A stretch of DNA of 64,000 nt from Amoebidium appalachense. Its lineage: Eukaryota > Protista > Ichthyosporea. The position numbers and the translations under genes were made by a program. This document shows positions 48,108-58,657 of the stretch, in pieces. The notes beneath the pieces are model-generated. The model was not told where the DNA came from and made no database searches. It was given only the letters and a program-made list of their open reading frames with translations. The stretch spans positions 12,925,252-12,989,251 of the forward strand of contig CAVNZM010000003.1 in NCBI GenBank assembly GCA_963693365.1, in the 5' to 3' direction. Within the stretch, counting starts at the first letter, position 1. Every line of letters begins with the position of its first letter.

Positions 48108-51100
48108 CTATAATTTTGTAGTGATGTGTTTCTCAAGCCAATCAATACATCTAATAAACAGGTCGTAGTTACGCGTGTTTAGTATAAAATCAAGGATGTT
48201 GTAATTTACAGGTAGGCTATCTTTCTGGGTGTCTGTTGTGAATGTGACGTGTGTGTGTTGCGGTATTATGTGGTCTATCAAACTACATTTGGCGATACAT
48301 GACCGGTTAAACTGGTGTGTGTGTGTGTTGTTTGGGCATGCAAATGATGCCACCTTATACTTATTAGATCTCCACTGTATAGCACGTGTACAGTAAAAGC
48401 GTGGTAATTGATCAATAATACCATCAGCTAGAGAAAGACCAGTTCTACAGGAAGGTAATATGTATTTAGGTGTTATACACTTGCGAGTGCCATATTTGGC
48501 AATATGGTTGAGGCGGTCAGTATATATAAAACGAGACATAAGGCTTAGTTTTTCAAGGTGTATGCTTTCATCGGGTCTAGTGTCGTGTGGTATCTTTTTC
48601 CATTTGTTATATTGCGTGATTATCTTGTGATTGTGTACATGTTTAATAAGTAAGTGGCAGTCCAAAGTCACACACACACTATTGCGGGGTTTATTTGTAT
48701 TTGTGCCCAGGGGAGAAGGGGAGAGAGAGGGGAGGAAAGAGGGGAGAGGTGAGGAGGGGACAGGTCGGATAGAGAAGAGAGGGTGGGAGGGCAAATACTT
48801 CTTTAAGCGGCTTATGTGCTTATTGAATTTCAGCGCGAGATAGGATACTCTAGCAGCTATTGGGACCAGACCATATATCGAGAGCGTTACAGGCCCAGGT
48901 TTACAACAGTTGTTAGATAGAAAGGAGGCAACTTCTGCTTCAAGGAAATTTGCCAAGGGTTTAAGCGCTCTAGTTCTCTCTTTCTTGATCCAAGCGGCGA
49001 GAAGGGGTAAACCATATTCACATGCCGGGAAGACAAAAGTGCGAATAAATGTAAGTCTACTAGAAGGATGGAGGGGTGTGTCTTTAAAAATATTAGCCGA
49101 GAAGAAAGCTAACCGCTTACGAGCCAACTCTACCCTCTTTTCGACCATATGGGGAAACATAACACCAACAGAATCAACCGGAACACCAAGATATTTGTAT
49201 TCTGGAACTATAGGTACAGGTTTAGATGATAATGTAAATGTGTGTAAATTGTTAGCTATATCAGGTACAAGAACACCACATTTGTCTATGTTAAGGATCA
49301 TAAGGTTTGCCTTGCACCACTCTGACACTACATCGAACAATCTTTGCAGGCGTCTAGGGGTACGGGCAAGGAGGGACAGATCATCAGCATAGAGAAGTGC
49401 AGGCGGAAAGTTATTAATAGGGTCATCGTTTTCGGCGTAAATCTTGACAGCCAAATCATCTATAAATAGGTTAAACAAAAAGGGGCTAAGCAATGAACCC
49501 TGCAAGAGACCTCTAGCACGAGCAAAACCATATGAAAGATGCCCATTAACCACAGCTCTACCATAGGTTTGAGACAAGAGTGCTTCTAACAGAACACCAA
49601 TGCAGTGTGGTACACCCCGTGCAGCAAGCTTTTCCCATAGGAGACCAGGGGAGACAGAATCGTAAGCAGTTTTCCAATCAATAAAGCCAACATATTGTGC
49701 ACCAACTTGCATAGAATCGTGCAGTGCCATTATTTGAACATAACATGAATTGTTTTTACGAAAAGCGGATTGGCATGGGTGTATGTGAAGAATAGATTGA
49801 AACCTAGGGTGATGTGCAAATAACCTAAGTAAGCAAGCTTCAAAGAATCTACGAACAACCTGGGTTAGTGTAATGGGGCGAAAGGATGATATGGGGCCCT
49901 CAGAGTCCTTCTTAACTATGGGGATCACTAAGGTATCTAACCAAGATGATGGGACATGTCCACATTTAACACACCAAGAAAAGAGAGAGCTTAACATGAT
50001 AGTAAGATCAGGTTTAATAGCACGATCACTTTCCTTTTGTGGGTAGGAGGGAACAAGGATTTTAAGAAACCCAGCAGGGAGTCCATCAGGTCCACAAGAC
50101 TTACTAGAGCTATAACTAGATATCACAGACCATATGGCATCGGGACTGAAAAAGGGGAGGATCGATTCTATGGGGATAGATGGGTCTACAGGCCACACAA
50201 TAGGTTTCTGAGCGGGGGTCCTATCTTTAAACAGTTCCGAGAAATACTTATCAGAGTCTATGAGGGGGTCTCCAGTGGTATCACCAATAATACGAGCAGG
50301 GGGGCCAAATCGATTCATACTAGCAAGCCGGCGCAAGCTTTCCTTTTGAGACAGGGGTTCACCTAGTCTAGCGGGAGTGGTGTTTGGTAACAAGAGAGCA
50401 TCGGGATATTCCTTCCTACCACCGCCAGCATAATCACCGAGATCTATCAAATCATCAACAATAAAGTTAGTGCATGTATCTAGTACGAGATGTGAATCTG
50501 GCCTGGCTTGTGCAGATTCTAATAGGCGCATATATATAGGGTGTTTCGTAGCATAGCATACACATACATCAACTCTACCCCACTGTGACTTAAGCTGGGA
50601 TAGACGGAGGCGAAAGGTGGGAGGGGGAGGGGGGAGCAGATCAAGGGAGATCTTAGGTAGGAAAAGGATAGGAGAGTGGTCAGATGACCTAGAGAGGTTA
50701 GGAGGGAGAGAGAGTTTTGACATGGTTGATGGCCAAAAGGCCACTCCCCAGTCGGTGTTGTGGGCATGGGATATTTGAGGGAACCGCAAAGTGTGACTTT
50801 GGACATACCTTGCTAAAGGGATAGCACGCTCCGGGGGCTTAGATGGGTACCCGACACTCACTTGCAGTGTGTCTGTGTGGTGGAGTCGCGTGTTAAAATC
50901 ACCTAAAATAACAGTGGACATTGGTAACTGTGACAACTCGTGAGTCAATTCGACAACCGACATAGATGGTGGGTAATATACAAAAGTAAAAACATTAGAA
51001 AGAAACTCTATAGAAACCGAGAATTCCGTTTTTGCTACCGGTTTGCACTTCACTCTCACGTGTGGTGCGGCAAGTACAATAATGCCTCGGTTTTTCGCGT

Positions 51101-51302
51101 AACCGGGGTGTGTGGATGTGTCGACCAATGTAGAGTTGAATTTGTGGTGGTTTTTAAACTGTGTTTCGCAAATCACTGTAAACGTGTGGTTGTTTGTCTG
51201 TTGTTGTATGTAGCTGATTTTATCGTCGAGTGTCCCGGGGGGGAGGCCCTTTTGGGGGCCCAGTGTCCGAGCATTCCAGAAGAAGAAGGATAAATTAGGC
51301 AT
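48108..51302 (-). CDS. LINE ORF2 (APE endonuclease-reverse transcriptase), intact
   Basis: FWNART, CETQ, GDFN, SDHSPI; GPDG, FRPITL, QGSLLSPFLFNLFIDDL, YADD, YKYLG. Confidence 0.95.
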   Translation of the reverse strand: MPNLSFFFWNARTLGPQKGLPPGTLDDKISYIQQQTNNHTFTVICETQFKNHHKFNSTLVDTSTHPGYAKNRGIIVLAAPHVRVKCKPVAKTEFSVSIEFLSNVFTFVYYPPSMSVVELTHELSQLPMSTVILGDFNTRLHHTDTLQVSVGYPSKPPERAIPLARYVQSHTLRFPQISHAHNTDWGVAFWPSTMSKLSLPPNLSRSSDHSPILFLPKISLDLLPPPPPTFRLRLSQLKSQWGRVDVCVCYATKHPIYMRLLESAQARPDSHLVLDTCTNFIVDDLIDLGDYAGGGRKEYPDALLLPNTTPARLGEPLSQKESLRRLASMNRFGPPARIIGDTTGDPLIDSDKYFSELFKDRTPAQKPIVWPVDPSIPIESILPFFSPDAIWSVISSYSSSKSCGPDGLPAGFLKILVPSYPQKESDRAIKPDLTIMLSSLFSWCVKCGHVPSSWLDTLVIPIVKKDSEGPISSFRPITLTQVVRRFFEACLLRLFAHHPRFQSILHIHPCQSAFRKNNSCYVQIMALHDSMQVGAQYVGFIDWKTAYDSVSPGLLWEKLAARGVPHCIGVLLEALLSQTYGRAVVNGHLSYGFARARGLLQGSLLSPFLFNLFIDDLAVKIYAENDDPINNFPPALLYADDLSLLARTPRRLQRLFDVVSEWCKANLMILNIDKCGVLVPDIANNLHTFTLSSKPVPIVPEYKYLGVPVDSVGVMFPHMVEKRVELARKRLAFFSANIFKDTPLHPSSRLTFIRTFVFPACEYGLPLLAAWIKKERTRALKPLANFLEAEVASFLSNNCCKPGPVTLSIYGLVPIAARVSYLALKFNKHISRLKKYLPSHPLFSIRPVPSSPLPSFLPSLSPSPLGTNTNKPRNSVCVTLDCHLLIKHVHNHKIITQYNKWKKIPHDTRPDESIHLEKLSLMSRFIYTDRLNHIAKYGTRKCITPKYILPSCRTGLSLADGIIDQLPRFYCTRAIQWRSNKYKVASFACPNNTHTHQFNRSCIAKCSLIDHIIPQHTHVTFTTDTQKDSLPVNYNILDFILNTRNYDLFIRCIDWLEKHITTKL

Positions 51303-52479
51303 CGGTTTGGTCCGACACCTGTGGGGTTGGTTCCCACTTGTCGCTTACGGGGTCGTATGCACGACCTTCCGCCAGCGCGAACAGTTCGCAGAAGAGCTCG
51401 ATTTCCATCTCGCATCGGCGTTTGCGCTCGAGCAGTTTCTCACCAGAAAACATTGGTTCCTTCGTGTCCGTGTCTATCACGCTCGTAGCATCGTTTTCCA
51501 ACTTTGCGAGGAACTCTTTTGCCTTGCTGATGCGTACACGACAACGTGTGGCGCACGCATTCTTAGCAGACACTTTACGTTCTTTGTCTGCTTTCTGAAT
51601 GTTTTCCGGCGCGCATGGGTCGTAGCTTGGGAGGTGGGTGAAGAAGCTTCCACACCCCTTTGTCGCGTCACGGATGAACGCACGGTTATAGTCGCCCCGT
51701 ACTGCTACTTCCAGCACATCGTATCCAATGAAGGACAGACAAAGGATGCGAGAGCACCGGAAGCCGAGAGCCTTGAAGATGGACCACATGGCCCTGTGTG
51801 GGCGTCTGCCGTGCATGACTTTGAAATACACCCTCTCGTATTTGGGTGGGATGTTGATGTTACCGTTTGCTTGGGTGTTCCCGTTAGCCGGCGGTTTGGG
51901 AGGGGAGTTGCGGTGGTACTCGTTGCCTGCAAGAATGCTGGCATATGTTTCCTTGGCAATTTGGCGGAGCTCGGGTGTTTTACGAGAGTTCGCATATTCT
52001 AGGAACTCTGCCGGGAGCTGTGCTTCCGGTCCTGTGTTGTTTTGTGTTGGGGTGGAAATGTCTCCGTCGCGAGATGTTTGCTCATGAGTTTTGGGGTTTT
52101 GCGATCCACTAATGTTTAGCTGGGCTGTGAGTGAATCAATGGTGAGCTTGAGTTGGGTATTTTCTGTTTGGAGTTTTTCTATCATGTTCTTGAGTGGTAA
52201 CAGCTCATTTAGCTGTTTCTTAACGAGGGCAAGTTCTGCCAGTACTGTATCAACCGAAAGTTTCGGCATGGTTGTTATTGTGTTTCTACGGAGTGGTGTG
52301 GTGTTATTCTGAATGGGTGGTGTATTGTAAATAGGTGTTGCGCTTAGTCTAAGGCGATGTTTTTCTGGTTGTGCATCTGTGGTAGGTGTATCTGCTGGAC
52401 GTTTTAATGGTCGCACATGTGTGATGGGTGTAGATGGAACTTTGAAAGAGGTTCTGAAACGATTATAGGCATGTGCCAT
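51295..52479 (-). CDS. LINE ORF1 (coiled coil plus putative nucleic-acid-binding domain)
   Basis: Lies upstream of ORF2 and overlaps it by 8 nt (ATGCCTAA); heptad coiled coil. Confidence 0.85.
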   Translation of the reverse strand: MAHAYNRFRTSFKVPSTPITHVRPLKRPADTPTTDAQPEKHRLRLSATPIYNTPPIQNNTTPLRRNTITTMPKLSVDTVLAELALVKKQLNELLPLKNMIEKLQTENTQLKLTIDSLTAQLNISGSQNPKTHEQTSRDGDISTPTQNNTGPEAQLPAEFLEYANSRKTPELRQIAKETYASILAGNEYHRNSPPKPPANGNTQANGNINIPPKYERVYFKVMHGRRPHRAMWSIFKALGFRCSRILCLSFIGYDVLEVAVRGDYNRAFIRDATKGCGSFFTHLPSYDPCAPENIQKADKERKVSAKNACATRCRVRISKAKEFLAKLENDATSVIDTDTKEPMFSGEKLLERKRRCEMEIELFCELFALAEGRAYDPVSDKWEPTPQVSDQTDA

Positions 52480-52584
52480 GACATGGATGGGGGTGTTCCC
52501 CGGCCCTTAGGGCCACGGATGGCCTGGTTTAGGGGTGGATGCGCGAAGGATACTATTTATTAGCAGATAATAAAGAGCGACATT

Positions 52585-52854
52585 TGAATCGATGTGTGCG
52601 ACTGAATCGATGTGTGCGACTGAATCGATGTGTGCGACTGAATCGATGTGTGCGACTGAATCGATGTGTGCGACTGAATCGATGTGTGCGACTGAATCGA
52701 TGTGTGCGACTGAATCGATGTGTGCGACTGAATCGATGTGTGCGACTGAATCGATGTGTGCGACTGAATCGATGTGTGCGACTGAATCGATGTGTGCGAC
52801 TGAATCGATGTGTGCGACTGAATCGATGTGTGCGACTGAATCGATGTGTGCGAC
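52585..52854. repeat. 15 perfect copies of 18-bp TGAATCGATGTGTGCGAC at the LINE 5' end
   Basis: 270 bp ending exactly at the TSD. Confidence 0.97.
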
Positions 52855-53497
52855 TGTGTTCTCTCCGACCGATCTGGACATCCAGGCCCTTGGCCGTACA
52901 CTGGAGTGTATTGGTGGACTTCGTACATACTACACACAGCTGTGTTGCATTGATCCAAGCAATGCACTTATTGTATTGGAACACGCTGTCCGCACAGTCA
53001 CGCGCCACCACCGCTTTGTGGAAATAGTGCAAGAAAGTAGGGGGCCAGGGCAACCCAGCACTTGCCGTGCAGAGTGCCTGCGGCTTCTTTTGGGAACTGT
53101 GCACGACCTTACGTGCTATTTTGGCGTGTAACCCCCCCACCCTCCGGAAGTCCCCCTCCCCCCCTCTAGTTGTCAATTAGAAAGACAGGATATGGGCGCT
53201 TGGAAAGACAGGGCCGTGGCTGGTCACACAGCGTGTGTGTGTATGGGACACACACATCTGCTTGTCTCATAGGCCCCGTAACAAGTTTGTCCTCTTGGAT
53301 GAGTATGCGCCGTGGGGGGAGCTGGCATGGATTGGGCTGTGTGTCTGAGCTCAGCAGAATAGCCTCAGGCAGTGTTCTTGTGGATGTGCCCGGTGTGCCT
53401 TTGGGGACATATCTTTGGAACATGATGGGAATGGCAGTTGGTAAATTGGCATGTATATTTTTTTTTGGTAGTTTTTGTTGCCGGTAATTATAACCAG

Positions 53498-53719
53498 ATG
53501 GAGACTGTAGGTTTGTCTCAGAACAGGGAAAAGCCCGCACCTGTGGTGCCTAAGAAGACACGCACTCGGCGCCATCGACCAGGCCCTAAAAAGCCCAGGG
53601 ACAGTGCATGGAAGCAGTTTCTGCGCATGACCATAGCACTGAACCCAGGAAGAGATCTAGGTGAACTCACCAGGGAGGCCAGTCTGCGCTACAAAAAATT
53701 CAGACAGCTTGCACAATGA
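53498..53719 (+). CDS. Small basic protein with HMG-box-like helix pair
   Basis: KKTRTRRHR...SAWKQFLR...NPGRDLGELTREASLRYK. Confidence 0.6.
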   Translation: METVGLSQNREKPAPVVPKKTRTRRHRPGPKKPRDSAWKQFLRMTIALNPGRDLGELTREASLRYKKFRQLAQ

Positions 53720-54165
53720 CAACATGGGTTTTTTGGGGGATATGTTTTGGTCAAAACCAAGCCAGCCCGCGACTGTGAGGCTCCACAGGCGCAACAGATC
53801 CGTACTACAGGCACTTAATAAGGTGCTGGAAGACGATAACAACAACTATACAGAAAAAAAGCTGAAAGATTTGTATGACAGACACCTCAGGATCGGCATT
53901 GAAAAATACAGCAAGGAAGTGGTGGCCGAGTCCATTGTTCTGTGTATACATTGGCGGCCTTCATGTGCTTTCTCTACACCTTGCTGGCGCGTATAGATTC
54001 AGGTGATTTTCGAATGCCGAGTGTCGAGGTGGGAGGGATCAGACTGTGATTGGAGGACTTCTACAGCATACGCGGTGGAACAGGAATGCCACCAGAGGGT
54101 GACGGCGGGCCAAATTGGTCTTGTAGACTATCCATCTCCTGGTCATCCATGCCCTCAAATTGGCC

Positions 54166-54477
54166 CTAAGATGCTGTGTGTGTGCCATCTGGAGCAGCAT
54201 ATGCAGTGATGTCAGCCGGTTGTGCAGGGGATTGCATTGTGGTGGCGGTTGTTTGGGGAGTGGATATGGATTGTGCAGGCAACACCACAGCTTCATCTTG
54301 AAAAGCCCCTGCTTGGACGGTGTGTTCATTGTAGTTTGCAGCATTTGGGGTGCTTGCCGTGCGTGCTTGTTGGGCTAAGAGGAGTTTTGTCTTGCGACAT
54401 TCGTACCCAATCCAGAACAACATCAACACGATGCTTGCAAGAAACACTAGAAGTGCAGTCTGTGTGCTTGAAAACAT
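54166..54477 (-). CDS. Small N-terminal-TM protein
   Basis: ALLVFLASIVLMLFWIGY; T9 tract upstream. Confidence 0.55.
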   Translation of the reverse strand: MFSSTQTALLVFLASIVLMLFWIGYECRKTKLLLAQQARTASTPNAANYNEHTVQAGAFQDEAVVLPAQSISTPQTTATTMQSPAQPADITAYAAPDGTHTAS

Positions 54478-54924
54478 TGCTACAACTGTGCAAACCTACC
54501 ACCAAAAAAAAAGTTTTTGGATACTGATAAAGATGCAGCAATGGCAACTCAATTCTCATCCCAAACTTTCGGCTATGCTTTGATTGCGGTTACAGCCGTG
54601 TGCTTTGTTGGCAGTGTGGTGTTTCTGCACCAGGCAACAAGGGTGGAAGAGCCTGATGACCACGAATGAATGGCCAAATCAACAAAGTGGGAGCTGGTTC
54701 TACCCAACGTCTCGTTACATGTGTGAGAAGTTGCGCGCTTTTGAAAAAATAAACGGAAACCACACACGCCTAAAGTTGTTGCTGGTCCAAATGTGGGGGC
54801 CAGTGGGGTGTATTTAGATGGAAAAGAAGATAAGTTCGGGGGAGGAGGGGGGGGGGGCAGTGAATATTATGAAAGGTTTGTTAGCAAAAGAGTGGGAGTT
54901 GATTGTAAAGCGAGAGAGAGATGG

Positions 54925-55028
<104 letters not shown>

Positions 55029-55485
55029 CGGGGAGGGGTGCTCAAGTTGGTGTGATGGCCTAATATTTGGCCTGGTTTATACAAACACGCACTTGTTGTG
55101 CCTGTGTATCCCGATGCTGCACATCACACCATTTTTGCTTTTTATCCTAATTACCACTAAAACACTTCTACTTTTGCTTCTGAATTTTTTAACACGTATG
55201 GTTACCTATAAATTCAACACATCATAGCCTTGCCTGTCTGATTTTCACACCACCCATTCAACTCCTAACCACTTACAGCGTTGCAACTATTGAAACCAAA
55301 AGCCAAACCCATAAACTGGTGGAAGCTATTCAAACCCAGAAACAAAAAATAAGTACTCTTTCGAGAAAAACCAAATTTCGTTTCCTTAAACTGGGGCCTA
55401 TCAAAGCGAATACTCTATATGACTGGCAAACCCCTGAAATCAAACACAAGTCTACACAAGTGGACAGAGAGGTGTGCACAACTGC

Positions 55486-57001
55486 CTAACGGCGGCGGAG
55501 CAGGGCATCAAGGTCGTCGTAGATCAGGTCACAGCCCTCAATGTAGTGGCACTCATTGGGCTGGCGGTCATGCCAAATGCGGGTCTCGGCGGTTTCCGTG
55601 CGACTCAGCCCAATCTCAGCCAGACTACCCGAGACCTCATGTTGCAGCCAGTTGGTCCCGTTGCGCACCCGCATGTCGCCGAGGTAGATGTTATACAGCT
55701 TCTTGAGTGCTGGCTCCGGGCAGGAGAGGCCAGGGCCACGCACAATGAAGCCATCATCCATGAGGAAACGGAGTATGGTGTTGTTCTGAGCTTCCATCTC
55801 CAGCTTGGCCAAGCGGAAGTATTCACCGGCGTAGTGGTTGGCGATGTTCCAGATGTCCATGCCGGCAAGTGGGCCACAGACAATCGTGCGGTAGGCCTTG
55901 TTGCACAGGACCAGGATGAATGCCTGCACCTCCTTGATTGCGTGCCCCAGGTTGCAGTCTACCTCTGTGGAACGAACCTTGCGCAGCATTTGCACGCACA
56001 CGTGCCGGCGGGTGATGGAGCCTGCCTCTCCAGGCATGGGGATGCCCATGTTGCCAGCGACGATGCCCGGAACCTTCCAGTGCTGGACATCGACGGCTGA
56101 ACGGTGCTTTCTCGGCACCTTCACCCTGCCACCATCGATGATGAGCTTCCATGTTGCCTGACTGATGTTCTTGGTCATGTCAGAGGCAATTTCCGGCATG
56201 ACAAAAATGTATTTGTCATAGACTTCCTGCCAGCCGAAAGTAGCCTGTTGGTTGCACGCTACGATGGCGACGTCATCAGGGTGGTACCAGCCAGCCACCG
56301 TGTCGCAAATCAAACTCTTCCCTGTGCCAGCAGTGCCCATGAGGACGGGAATGACCTGCCACTTGTCGTGTTCGTGTAAGTCATAGAGCATGCGCCCAAG
56401 CAGGGCCATGATGATAAACTGTGCACCCTCGGAAATCATCTGGGTCTCAAAAACGCGCACAAACGGGGCCACATTGAGCCTCAGCTCCTCCATGGTGCGG
56501 TCGGCGATGTCCTCGGGAACCACGATGTCCATGTAGTTGCATGCATAGACTTTGTCGCGGATGTCGGTCTGCATCTCAGAATACTGCTCATGTGTCACGA
56601 ACCTGTCTTCATTGGCGATATACACGCCGTTGACAAAGGCAAACCGGTGACGGTCGCGGCACAGGCGCGTGACAAGGCCCGGGTAGTTCTTGATCTTCTC
56701 CGCGCATATCTTGTCCACATTGTCCTTGGTGAGACACAGCTTCCACACCTGTGTGAACAAGGAAGGTGTTAGACAGGGGAAAGGTTTGAGGGTTTCAAAG
56801 TCTCTCTCTCTATCTCTCTCTCTCTCTCTCCCCCCCCCCCCCCCCCCCTCCCCTCCCCCACCTTCCCGTCTCCTTTCTGTGTACTTTTTTCAGCAAATAT
56901 TTTTTTTCTGTTTGTCATTTCCATGCGTCTCCCACTCGTGCATACAGGCTACCTACCAACCATATGTGTAGGCTACCTACCAACCATATGTGTTGGTTCC
57001 C

Positions 57002-57036
<35 letters not shown>

Positions 57037-57782
57037 CCGGGGGGGGGGGGGGGGGGTACCTGCTGGTTGCCCACTTCGTCACCAGCGTTGAAGATGAACT
57101 CACAGATGTCACAGAGTACTTCATATGCGTTGCAGAACACCATCTGGCCATTGGGGCCCACACGGTTGACGGGCTTCATGACGTTGTCGCCGCAGATGGC
57201 GAGTTTTCGCTCCACCATGAGCTGGGAGATGACAAAATACAGCTCATGAAGGACATTGAAACCGTTTTCCTGGTTTATGTCCTCGGTCTGCATGATGTCA
57301 ATGATTGCACCGTCGGATGAGTAGTCTGGCATCTGCAAGCCCAGGCTTGTGCGTCCGTTCTGTTCCAGCAGGTTGGATGCTTGGATGATGAACACATGCA
57401 GACGATTGAGGCCGTCGCGGTAGGCCATTGGTTCCAGGAACAGAGCACGTTGGTCACCGAGGGGGTCGGGCTGGCCGTCTGGCACGATCAGTCCGCACTG
57501 CCTCAGCTGGCTGTGCACGGCCTGCACACGGGCAATCTCGTTTGAGCGGAAAGAGGAGGTGGCATTGGCATAGGAGGCAGGGTCGATGGTCACGTTGGGG
57601 TAGAGGTTTGTAGGCTGTTGGGAGAGCCATTCGTTGATAAGGGTCGTAACCATTTCCAGACAACGGGTGTTTGTGGGCGAAAAGCTGTTGGTGATGCTTG
57701 GTGAAGGGTACCGGGAAATGGCAGCCTCATAATGTGCATGCACTTGCTGGGGAGGTAGTCCCGAGGGGGAAGCGTTTGCCAT
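55486..57782 (-). CDS. D5-like SF3 helicase; two exons (57060-57782 and 55486-56748), 661 aa
   Basis: RHRFAFVNGVY, LGRMLY...DKWQVIPVLMGTAGTGKS, MPEI, GGRVKVPRKH, AGN, GSITRR. Exon lengths of 723 and 1263 nt are both multiples of 3. Confidence 0.92.
56749..57059 (-). other. Spliceosomal GT-AG intron (311 nt, phase 0) in D5
   Basis: CAG|GTACCC donor; CTAAC at 56768-56772; CCTTCCTTGTTCACACAG|GTG acceptor. Confidence 0.85.
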
Positions 57783-58657
57783 AGTGGGTGGCCTACAGTC
57801 AAATACGAAGATAAAAAATCGAACCGCAACCTAAAGTGGATTGTGTGACTGTGTGGTGTGAGCTTTCGGAGCCTACTTTTATACCCAACGTGTAGAAGGA
57901 AGCTGCTGTGGTAATTGCTGGGACAGCCAATCAAATCTGGGAAATGCCTTTGTCTGCCCAAAAAAATCAGGAAAAATGCTAAATAATTCCAGACAGCAAA
58001 TCAAAAATCGTTGGTGCCGAGTAGATTTCTTGCTGGTCAAAACAGTGCGTGATGTTTGCCCAATCCGTAGCACGTCATTTCAATGCTATTCTGAACACGG
58101 TGTTTGGGCGCCACATTTCTGTTGCAAAAACGTCCAAAATTGCCCAAAATGGCTCCAAAAGTCTTGGTGTAGATTGAAACTGCGCCATTTGGGCCTTGTG
58201 AGTAGCTGAACGCCAAATGTGACAGTACCTGTGCATGGGCACTGCAAAAGATAGCCAATCAAATGGTCGGTTAGCCCGGGAGTTCTTGGATTTGGTACGG
58301 CTCCTTATACCAACCAAGACCCGGATAATTTCAACAAGTGCCAAAATAATGCCTGGCCAAAACTCGCGGTGCTAGGTTGAACAAATACCCGTGTTGTTTG
58401 AATCCAATGTACAAAAAGGCTTGTTTGTTTTATTTACGCAAAGCATGATCAGGTCTTGGTGTGTTTTTGTGAGCTGAAGTGTTGCATTGTTGAATCTTGG
58501 ATCAGTCGCAATTTCAGGCAATCGGAGTTTGGGGTCCAATCAAAGTTCTAGGGGGATTCCAGTCGGACCTCATAAAAGATCAACCTGCAGCCACCGGAAG
58601 ACCACACGGCCTGTGTGTACACGACTAATGTTTGCACAAACCTCCTCTTCTGCAAGA

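Larger units (their letters stand above)
47763..52854 (-). mobile_element. Full-length APE-type non-LTR retrotransposon (LINE)
   Basis: 8-bp TSD TGTGTTCT (47755-47762, 52855-52862); ORF1 plus ORF2; A43 tract at 47959-48001; 5' tandem repeats. Confidence 0.93.
47159..53131 (+). pseudogene. Viral hypothetical protein (DPIT...DPFT U-box-like motif) split by the LINE; parts 47159-47762 and 52863-53131
   Basis: Removing the LINE and one TGTGTTCT joins GGHVF|SPTDLD in frame. Confidence 0.8.

Noticed and set aside
47763-48121. C-terminal part of the 320-aa ORF (poly-F/CV)
   Set aside because: Read-through into the antisense LINE tail; the real continuation is at 52863-53131.
52585-52854. CRISPR array or repeat protein (VAHIDS/CATESM ORFs)
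   Set aside because: A perfect 18-bp tandem repeat with no spacers; the ORFs are artefacts of a stop-free repeat.
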